A program made the position numbers and the translations under genes. The notes below the pieces were generated by a model, which saw only the letters and a program-made list of their open reading frames with translations, did no database searches and was not told the DNA's origin. Shown one piece after another: positions 1-7,309 of a stretch of 41,538 nucleotides of DNA; position 1 is the first letter of the stretch; every line of letters starts with the position of its first letter. Source of the stretch: Bdellovibrionota bacterium (GTDB lineage: Bacteria; Bdellovibrionota_C; UBA2361; JBGSMV01). The stretch covers positions 1-41,538 of the forward strand of contig JBIKWF010000030.1 in the NCBI GenBank assembly GCA_044356455.1, given 5' to 3'.

Positions 1-638
1 GGTGGGGAGAAGCAGGAGCTGGCTCTCGCATTGAGTCTGCCGCGCCTTGATTCACTGCTAAATCTGATTTTACTCCTTCTCTTTCAAGTCCGGGCCCGAC
101 TAAAGAATGAAAGCAGAGCTCCACGGTAGGAAAGGCGAATGCGCTCACCGCAGTCATAGGAGTTTGAAGAGAGGGGCTGTCAATAAGCCGAGGTGTTTTG
201 CCTTCAAAGAGCCGGCGAAGATCGGCCTTTGCCATTCCTCGAAACTCTTCGGGAGCCTTGCAGAAATGTCCCGTTCTTGCGTCCCTCCAGCGGAGAAGGC
301 CACTTTTCCCTTGGTAGAGCTTGGGAAGAGGTTCGGCATTTCTAGTAGGAGCCCTGGGTGTCTCCTGTTCGGGCTTTGAGGAACCCTTGCCTGGGGGATT
401 GGGCGAAGGCTAAGATGTCGCGCTCTCTGGTCGCCGCGAAGCTGCCCTCTGGGAAGTGCATCGAGATGTAGTTCTAGGCATAACCCTGTGTCTTACATGG
501 TGCGATGGTAAACGTTCGGTCTCTGCTCGCTCCTCAGTATGCCAGGAACGTGGAGTTATCATATCCCTTGCTCGGGTAAGTTAATCAGACCTCAACACCT
601 GTCTGTTGCGAGCGGATTAGTTCAGTCATACTGCGGCG

Positions 639-1823
639 GTGCGCACGTATGTAGCTATACTTTTTGGGCTTTTTGCCCTGCTCTCCTGGTACTGTTTGTG
701 GTACCTCCCAGGAACTGAGCTTGCTGATTTCTCAGTCTACCGTGAAGCCGCGCGTGCACTTCTTAGAGGGGAAAACATATATGGACAGGGGTTCGGGGTT
801 TCTCAGCGCGAAGCTCCACTCACCCTTGGATATTTATACCCGCCGCTTCTCGCCGTAATTATGTCGTGGGGAGAGCGCGCCTTCCCCCGAACCGTCCCTT
901 TAGCCTGGTGTGCTATTCTCTGGGCGTCTCTTCTTGCCACTGCTTTTTTTCTTGCGCAGTTTTGGAAGGAGATTTCAAAGGGAGCTCGGGATAACTCTTT
1001 TACTCTTCTCCTAGGTAAATCGGCATGTCTTTTGTCCCTTTGGCCGCCTCTCTGGGATGGGCTCATGTGGGGACAAGTCAATCCTCTCGTCTTATTGGCA
1101 CTCGTAGGGTCGATGACTCTCGGGGTGCAGGGAAAGCATTTACCCTCCGGAGCTTGTATCGCCGTTGGGGCGGCACTTAAAGCTACTCCCGCCATCGTGC
1201 TTCTCCCGTTCCTGGTCTTTTTGCGCTGGAGAGGAATTGCAGGCTTCATCGCTGTATTAATCGTTCTTGGTGCCATGAGCGCGGCCTCGCCCCGCGGTGT
1301 GCAAGTTTACTTCGATTTTCTGAATGCTCTTGAGGTCTTCTCTTCGGCGCCGCTCAGTATTGATCCTTATTATGATTATGGTCTTCAGAAGCTTCTTGGG
1401 CATGCGGCCGGAAAATACGCGGCTCTGCTTCTCCTCGGGATTTACGCCGTGAGCATTCTCGCGCTTGGTCGAAGTAGGGGGGTACGGAATAATGAGCGCG
1501 TTCCTTATGGAATCCTGCTTGGTGTCCCCATAATGATTCTCATTTCTCCCTGTATCTGGTTCCATCATCTCTTGTGGATACTTCCACCCTTAGTCTTTGG
1601 GTATGTGCTTTGGGGTAAAGATGAGAAGCTGCGAAACTCCAGGGGTTTAGTTTTTTCGACTCTCTTCATCGGTCTTGGGTTTAGTCTGTATCTGCAAGTT
1701 ATTGCGAGGCACCATTTGCACTTCGGTGAACTCGCCATAAAAATTATGGTGCCTTCGTTCATCTTCGCAGTGTTTCTATGTTTAGTGTGCGCGCTGCTTC
1801 GGGGGGCAAGAGTGGCTCCCTAA
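639..1823 (+). CDS. GT87/DUF2029-family integral membrane glycosyltransferase (GT-C)
   Basis: 394-aa polytopic hydrophobic ORF with DFSVYREAARALLRGENIY, GYLYPPLLA, WGQVN, KATP and SPCIWFHHL motifs typical of GT87. Confidence 0.85.
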   Translation: MRTYVAILFGLFALLSWYCLWYLPGTELADFSVYREAARALLRGENIYGQGFGVSQREAPLTLGYLYPPLLAVIMSWGERAFPRTVPLAWCAILWASLLATAFFLAQFWKEISKGARDNSFTLLLGKSACLLSLWPPLWDGLMWGQVNPLVLLALVGSMTLGVQGKHLPSGACIAVGAALKATPAIVLLPFLVFLRWRGIAGFIAVLIVLGAMSAASPRGVQVYFDFLNALEVFSSAPLSIDPYYDYGLQKLLGHAAGKYAALLLLGIYAVSILALGRSRGVRNNERVPYGILLGVPIMILISPCIWFHHLLWILPPLVFGYVLWGKDEKLRNSRGLVFSTLFIGLGFSLYLQVIARHHLHFGELAIKIMVPSFIFAVFLCLVCALLRGARVAP

Positions 1824-1938
1824 GGAATCGTTAGCAAGTACTGGTATAGCGCTTCAGCTCAGTGCTGCTCGGAAGCCGGTCGTTGTCCGGGTCGCAATGC
1901 GAGGTGGGAGACGACATGAGTTGAGGGCTCTTTCGGCG

Positions 1939-2060
1939 GCCTCTGAAAAACTCACCTCTGTGTACCTCTGGGCCCTCTGTGGTGAAATTTTCATCAACCA
2001 ATTCAACACAGAGGACACGGAGGTACCCAGAGGTGTATTAAAAATGATGGCTTTTCAAAG
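1939..2060. repeat. MITE/REP-like palindromic element, copy 1
   Basis: 34-bp inverted arms 1953-1986 and 2002-2035 (29/34 complementary) built from CTCTG(T/G)G units. Flanks GCCTCTGAAAAAC and GAGGTGTATTA are shared with the copy at 13627-13760. Lies between convergent genes. Confidence 0.8.
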
Positions 2061-2117
2061 ATTTCTTAGGAGAGAGAGGAAGTAAAATCTTAAGGATAAT
2101 TCCTCACGTCCACAATG

Positions 2118-2645
2118 CTATGAGGGGGAGGGCAGGTCTTCAATAAATTTTCCGCGCACCCATTCGTCCCCGACAAATTCACCGCGAGTAAAGACACTGG
2201 CCTTGGGGAATCGTGAGGCCCATTCTTTAAGCTCGTCAGCTCCATGTACTTTGTCCGGATAAGCGAATCCACAGAAAGCATAAGGAGTTTCTTGATCCTT
2301 ATTCCGCGCAAATTTGCAATTGAAGGGGCAACCATTGAGAAGTGCAAAGTGAGATTCATTGAAAAGGAAGCGAACTTTAATGTCCTCCTCGGCGCCAAAT
2401 CCTCCCTTTCCGTTCCAGAACCAGGAACCAAGTAAGATAAGAAACTCGGGATGAGCTGGCGCTTGGGCTAGCGCAACTTTAGGCGGAAAATCTGAAGATG
2501 CGAGCATAGCGGCTACGAGATTTCTTGCGGCGGAAAGAAGGCTTAGAGGAGAAGTTGTCTCACTCTCTTTGGGAACATCCCTTGCGTGGTCCTCCTTTGC
2601 GCGTTCTCTGCCTTTAGGGCTTTGGGGAGTTAGAGGCGTATTCAT
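2118..2645 (-). CDS. hypothetical protein
   Basis: 175-aa ATG ORF filling the gap between GT87 and a divergent AT-rich region; low-complexity N-terminus and globular-looking C-terminus; no family recognised. Confidence 0.55.
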   Translation of the reverse strand: MNTPLTPQSPKGRERAKEDHARDVPKESETTSPLSLLSAARNLVAAMLASSDFPPKVALAQAPAHPEFLILLGSWFWNGKGGFGAEEDIKVRFLFNESHFALLNGCPFNCKFARNKDQETPYAFCGFAYPDKVHGADELKEWASRFPKASVFTRGEFVGDEWVRGKFIEDLPSPS

Positions 2646-2929
2646 AGGAACTGTGCTGTTTTAGCATATGGAGCTTCCCCGGTGATTTGCCCGGGGAAGA
2701 TTTGCCAGGAGTCGCAGGGCTCCAATCTTTTCATAAGAAGATTTCTTAGTCCTTATCTTATCATTTTTCCACTTATTGATTCAGAACATGATTCCGCCGT
2801 GGCCTAGTACCTCCGAATTTGTGAGCAACAAGAGAGCGCAGGTAACAAAATGACGTCCCTATGCGGTCGGCTCGCATCTTGAATCTTGCGAGGATCTCAT
2901 TTGCTAACCTACTTCTTTGGGGGCAGGGC

Positions 2930-3421
2930 ATGAATGTTCAGTTATGGTTTGCGACGCTTCTTTTTGGAGTCTTGCATTGTTCTACGGCGCTGGCTGTTTC
3001 TCGTAGTCCGGAAGTTCTAGTTAGCTGCTTTGAACGCAATGCCCGGAAGGGAAATCAAGATTACTTGCTCATTAACGCGAGTCTTCCCCTTCATCGAATT
3101 TCTTCTCATGGGGCAAGCCCGCTTTACCGCGTATTCGAGCAAGTGAGCATGAACTCTCCCGCGCTTGGAGAAATCTTGATAACCACAACAGGACTTCTTG
3201 CGAGACGCTCTGCTGCATACGTGGAGATTGCAGGCCTCGGGTTCTCAGTAGAAGAGTTAAATGGAGCAGATAACCCTCGATTTGGGGGTGCAGAAATCAC
3301 TTCTTGGGATGCAGGGGCCAAAATCTTTGCCTCGAATAACAGTAAGCAGGCAACAGTACTCACCGCGGTGGGGGTGCAAAGAGAAGTCGACATCTATTGT
3401 CTTTACTCACCGCGAATTTAG
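2930..3421 (+). CDS. hypothetical exported protein
   Basis: Within ORF 2861..3421. The ATG at 2930 gives a signal-peptide-like N-terminus (MNVQLWFATLLFGVLHCSTALA); beta-rich mature part with a Cys near each end. Confidence 0.6.
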   Translation: MNVQLWFATLLFGVLHCSTALAVSRSPEVLVSCFERNARKGNQDYLLINASLPLHRISSHGASPLYRVFEQVSMNSPALGEILITTTGLLARRSAAYVEIAGLGFSVEELNGADNPRFGGAEITSWDAGAKIFASNNSKQATVLTAVGVQREVDIYCLYSPRI

Positions 3422-3728
3422 CAGGTATCGCTCACCTCCCTGACGGCGCGGCCATCTCGCGGCCTATGGCTGCGCTGCGCGAAGAAGGGATGGAGCGAGG
3501 CGACGTTATGTTATCAGCAACTGAAGGCATTCAGGTGAGAGCGCTTTTTCCAGTCGGGTAGGCGACGGAGACTGGCAAGAAACAGGTCTGATTCATAACG
3601 CTGTGTTTTGAGTTCCTCTCATTTGCTTAGCTCGTGCGCGAAGGTAACTATTTAATATGTCATGTGATTTGTGGTGAAGCGTGCTAGGTATTGGCCCTCC
3701 CAAGCGAATGCCTGACGTCTTTTTATTT

Positions 3729-3757
3729 TTGAATCATCTCATAAATTAGTCTACTAT
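3729..3757 (+). promoter_or_regulatory. sigma70-type promoter
   Basis: TTGAAT (3729-3734), 17 nt, TACTAT (3752-3757), preceded by a T-rich tract; predicted start about 3762-3765. Confidence 0.65.
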
Positions 3758-3798
3758 CGCGAATCGCCCGGAGTTCTCCTTTGAAGGAGCGGGCGCGC

Positions 3799-3845
3799 AA
3801 GCGGAAGGGCATTAAAGGTTTAATGCGCTCTAAGCCGCTTTTTTT
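3799..3845 (+). terminator. intrinsic terminator-like hairpin in a 5' leader
   Basis: AAGCGG/CCGCTT outer stem, GCATTAA-AGGT-TTAATGC inner stem and T7 run 3839-3845, about 90 nt upstream of the ATG at 3935. Confidence 0.5.
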
Positions 3846-3934
3846 GTCGGGCGAACTGCGAATGGGGCCGATTTGTTGGGCCCAGCTTCGTGGCGCTAAA
3901 GACGCGGGATATTGTCATTTGGGGTTACGAGGTT

Positions 3935-4453
3935 ATGTACGTTGGTGGAATTACTTTCTCGATTAGCAAATCGTTTGGCAGCCTTCAACTTGTGCCTCAC
4001 GCCGATGGACTTCGGCTCTACTACACTCCCATCGTGAATGGAGCTGAAGCTCCTAACTCTCCAGGCTTTCTTGATATGATGCTTCCACTCGATGCAGTGG
4101 GGGGACTTTGGGCCACGTGCCGCGCATTCCTCTATGGAGTGGAGTCCCTTGACGAGAACGTCATTCTTCAAGGTGCGGGCGGAGTAGTGCCTGGCACTGC
4201 GGGCGCCGCGGGAGCCACCGATTCAGATACCCTCGTTAAGCTCTATCGCGATAAGCCGCGCGGTCAACAAGGTAAGCTTACGGGAGAAGAGACTTGCTGG
4301 CTTCGTATTGTGACAGGGCGAACTGAAGAAGAGCGCCGTCGTATCAAGCTTGGACCCCGTGATTTGTTGTGTCTTGAACTTGCTTGCACTTCTGTGTTGT
4401 CTCTTTCCGCCCAGGCTGGGACACATCGACCGCAGCTTGTTTCCCGCGCTTAG
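3935..4453 (+). CDS. hypothetical protein, possible tandem Whirly/PUR/PC4-like nucleic-acid-binding fold
   Basis: Within ORF 3890..4453; ATG 3935 follows GAGGT. Two apparent beta-beta-beta(-beta)-alpha units separated by a Gly/Ala linker. The fold is my inference. Confidence 0.7.
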   Translation: MYVGGITFSISKSFGSLQLVPHADGLRLYYTPIVNGAEAPNSPGFLDMMLPLDAVGGLWATCRAFLYGVESLDENVILQGAGGVVPGTAGAAGATDSDTLVKLYRDKPRGQQGKLTGEETCWLRIVTGRTEEERRRIKLGPRDLLCLELACTSVLSLSAQAGTHRPQLVSRA

Positions 4454-4504
4454 TATTCTTTGTGGTGCGTAAAAACAACCACTAAGACCACAGAGGCCAC
4501 TAAG
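4449..4504. repeat. degenerate partial copy of the 9-nt-period palindrome
   Basis: CTTTGTGGT (4458-4466) opposite three tandem 9-mers ACCACTAAG, ACCACAGAG, GCCACTAAG (4478-4504), directly at a stop codon. Confidence 0.55.
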
Positions 4505-4657
4505 AGGTTCGTCTTTCCAAGAATCACCCCTTGCTTTGAATTCTCCTCATGTTAGGGAACGATAAGTTCGCGGGCACAGGTATGCCGCATTTTGCCTCGT
4601 CTCTCTACGGACCTGGCAAAGATCCCGCGAAACATAACGGTGAGGAGAGATCTCTAC

Positions 4658-5821
4658 ATGGCAGACACTGGAAGTTCATCGGCCCTCATGACACGTGCGC
4701 GTGAGGCTATCTCCCATTTTGCAATTCCTGGAGAATGCACCGAGCTGCTGCATGTGAAGACGGGGCATATTAATGACACCTTTTGTAGCACTTGGTCGGG
4801 CACTTGGCCGGGATCCTCCCCGGGGATGGTGCGAAGATACATCCATCAGCGCGTCAACCAGGGCGTCTTCCCCGACGTAGAAGCGGTCCTAAGAAATGTA
4901 AAAATGGTTACGAGCCATCTTGGGCCAAAGCTTGCCGCCTTGGGGGCGGGAGAGCAGACGCTTGAAATTGTGGAAACTGCTTCCGGTCATGGTGGGCTCG
5001 CGTGGAGAGATACAGAGGGCAACTACTGGCGCACGTTTACCTTTGTTGAGGGTAGTGAGGGTTTCGAGATTTGTCCAAGTCCTGAGCATGCTCGGGCGGT
5101 GGGGGCAGCTTTTGGGCGTTTTGTCGCATTGCTTTCAGACTTTGATGCGCGGAGGCTTAAGGATCCGATTTCGCGTTTTCAAGATGTTTCCATGCGTCTT
5201 GAGCACTGCGAAGCGGCTATCGCAAAGAATCCTCTGGGACGAGCAAAAGAAGCGCAGGATCTCATTGCTTTTGTGCAGCGGAATCGAGACGTAGCGACAG
5301 TGTTCTCCCGCAAACTTGCAGAAGGAGCGCTTCCACTAAGAGTTACTCATGCAGACCCAAAGGTGAATAATGTTTTGTTTGCTTCGGGCACCACCAAGGT
5401 GCGCTGCCTTGTTGATCTGGATACCTGTATGGCAGGCACGGCACTTTATGATTTTGGAGACATGGTACGGAGCGCGGGAGTTCCTGTCGCTGAGGATGAG
5501 CAGGACCTCTCTAAAGTAAGGGTGGATGAGAGCCTCTTTGAAATGCTGGTAAGTGGGTATGTCTCGGCACTTGGGGGCGTTCTTGTCGAGGAGGAGCTGA
5601 GGCTTCTTCCGCTTGCTCCAGGGGTGATCGCGCTTTCGCTTGGCATGCGCTTTCTCACCGACCATCTCTTGGGCGATACCTATTTTAAGATAGCATTCCC
5701 AGGCCATAATCTTGTTAGGGCCCGAACACAGTGCGCAATTTTAGCGGCGGTCCAGAATCAGCAGCCTTCCTTAAAGCGGCTTGTGGATTCAGCAGTGTCC
5801 CAGTGTTTGAGGGCGGCCTGA
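4658..5821 (+). CDS. aminoglycoside-phosphotransferase-family sugar kinase (N-acetylhexosamine 1-kinase-like)
   Basis: GHINDTF, YIHQRVN, THADPKVNNVLF, DLDT, YDFGDMVRS and RFLTDHLLGDTYFKI...HNLVRARTQ motifs; ATG 4658 follows AGGAG. Confidence 0.85.
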   Translation: MADTGSSSALMTRAREAISHFAIPGECTELLHVKTGHINDTFCSTWSGTWPGSSPGMVRRYIHQRVNQGVFPDVEAVLRNVKMVTSHLGPKLAALGAGEQTLEIVETASGHGGLAWRDTEGNYWRTFTFVEGSEGFEICPSPEHARAVGAAFGRFVALLSDFDARRLKDPISRFQDVSMRLEHCEAAIAKNPLGRAKEAQDLIAFVQRNRDVATVFSRKLAEGALPLRVTHADPKVNNVLFASGTTKVRCLVDLDTCMAGTALYDFGDMVRSAGVPVAEDEQDLSKVRVDESLFEMLVSGYVSALGGVLVEEELRLLPLAPGVIALSLGMRFLTDHLLGDTYFKIAFPGHNLVRARTQCAILAAVQNQQPSLKRLVDSAVSQCLRAA

Positions 5822-5961
5822 GTAGGATATTCGGCCGGAATTCCTGCCGAAGGTTCCATCTGGTGGCTTTGCCCTGGGTGTTTTTGCAGAACTCGCCGAA
5901 ATTGTTCGATTATTTGTCAAGGCTTGTGGCTTCTATCCGGAGCAAAAATCCTAGTGTCCTC

Positions 5962-5990
5962 TTGTAGTTAGCTCCCTCAGCCGCTAGACT
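5962..5990 (+). promoter_or_regulatory. possible sigma70 promoter of the ole operon
   Basis: TTGTAG, 17 nt, TAGACT, about 130 nt upstream of oleA. Confidence 0.35.
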
Positions 5991-6117
5991 CGGCTACCAC
6001 ATTTCTTGGCGATTTTTCACGGTGTTCTTTAGGGAAACCTCATGCGCCGAGGGTTGGCAGCATCTTTAGGATCTTTAGGGCGGCTGCGTCTTTACGTATA
6101 CAGTTAGTAGGGGATAC

Positions 6118-7197
6118 ATGGGGCCTTTTCGTTTCAAGAGTGTCTGTGTTCAGTCCATGGCGGTTAATCTTCCTGATCAGGAAGTGACTTCAGCCGAGCT
6201 TGAAGATCAACTTGCCCCTCTCTACCAGCGACTTCAGATTCCTTTCGGAACGCTTGAGAAACTAAGCGGTGTCAAGGCGCGCCGACTTTGGCCTCGTGCC
6301 ACCATGCCTAGTGACGTTGCAAAAGTTGCGGCGGAGCGTGCAATTGAGAAAGCGGGCATCTCCAAGGATCAGATCGATCTTGTGGTAAACTGCTCGGTGA
6401 CGCGCGATTTCTTTGAACCTGCAACGGCATGTTTGATTCATCAAAAGCTCGGGCTCTCCGAACGCACCATGGCATTTGATATCACCAATGCGTGCATTGG
6501 ATTCTCAAATGGTCTCTTACAAGCAGCGACCATGATTGAAGCAGGGGTGATTAAGACCGCGCTTGTAACTTCGGGTGAGACCATTACTCCCATTATCGAG
6601 TCGACGGTTTTTCATCTCCAAAAGAATAATGAGATTCAGCGCGACGATCTTTTAAAGATTTTACCCACGTTTACCTTGGGCTGTGGTTCCGTGGCCTATG
6701 TGCTTACGCATGAGTCCCTCTCGCGCTCTTTGAGTGCTTCGAGTCAGAAGCCCAAGTTAATTGGGGCAGTGGGGCGCTCTGCAACCGCACATAGTGATTT
6801 GTGTGCCGGTAATGCTGATTATCAACTTTTTGATAACGCGCAGGTCAGTCCGCTGATGTACACGGAGTCGGCAAAGCTCATGGCGGCAGCATCTAAGCTT
6901 GGTGGGAGGATGTTCAAGGACTTCTCCGAGCACATCGGCTGGTCACGAGAGGATGTGAATCATGTTTTCTGCCATCAAGTGGGCAAGCAAGTGAATGACG
7001 CCTTCTACCGTGAGATGGGGCTTGATATCGAAAAAGAATTTACCGTTTACAAGAACCTGGGGAACCTCGTCTCCGCAGCTCTTCCCACGTGCCTCGCCAT
7101 AGGTGCGGAAGAGAAAGGCATGAAGAGTGGAGACAAAGTGCTTCTCACCGCGTTTGGAAGTGGCCTGAATTCAATCTTCCTTGGCTTCATTTGGTGA
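6118..7197 (+). CDS. oleA: OleA, thiolase/FabH-fold acyl-CoA condensing enzyme
   Basis: FEPATA (catalytic Glu), DITNACIGF (Cys), HQVG (His), GNLVSAALP (Asn), FGSGLN; directly upstream of oleBC and oleD. Confidence 0.92.
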   Translation: MGPFRFKSVCVQSMAVNLPDQEVTSAELEDQLAPLYQRLQIPFGTLEKLSGVKARRLWPRATMPSDVAKVAAERAIEKAGISKDQIDLVVNCSVTRDFFEPATACLIHQKLGLSERTMAFDITNACIGFSNGLLQAATMIEAGVIKTALVTSGETITPIIESTVFHLQKNNEIQRDDLLKILPTFTLGCGSVAYVLTHESLSRSLSASSQKPKLIGAVGRSATAHSDLCAGNADYQLFDNAQVSPLMYTESAKLMAAASKLGGRMFKDFSEHIGWSREDVNHVFCHQVGKQVNDAFYREMGLDIEKEFTVYKNLGNLVSAALPTCLAIGAEEKGMKSGDKVLLTAFGSGLNSIFLGFIW

Positions 7198-7309
7198 GTG
7201 TGAGGTTGGCGTGGTGGTGATGTCGGCTTTCCTAACGCCGGTCTCGCCGTTCACTCGCTTCGCGCAGGTGTAGCCAATCGCCTGGTTCAAATCGGAGGTC
7301 TCTCGTTGC

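Noticed and set aside
1..410. Minus-strand open frame running off the left edge (LPKLYQGKSGLLRWRDARTGHFCKAP...)
   Set aside because: No convincing start or RBS and no recognisable family; it may be a partial gene but I cannot support it.
1897..2085. 62-aa ORF with NTEDTEVPRG-type sequence
   Set aside because: It is the translation of the palindromic repeat element.
2674..2699. Perfect 9-bp inverted repeat CTTCCCCGG/CCGGGGAAG
   Set aside because: Single copy with no U-tract; no function can be argued.
3500..3600. Glycine, SAM-I or cobalamin riboswitch resemblance
   Set aside because: Only isolated short words match; core motifs and their order are missing. Kept only as an unassigned RNA candidate.
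7200..7248. Hairpin between oleA and oleBC
   Set aside because: Depends on several G.U pairs and has no U-tract; at most a stability element.
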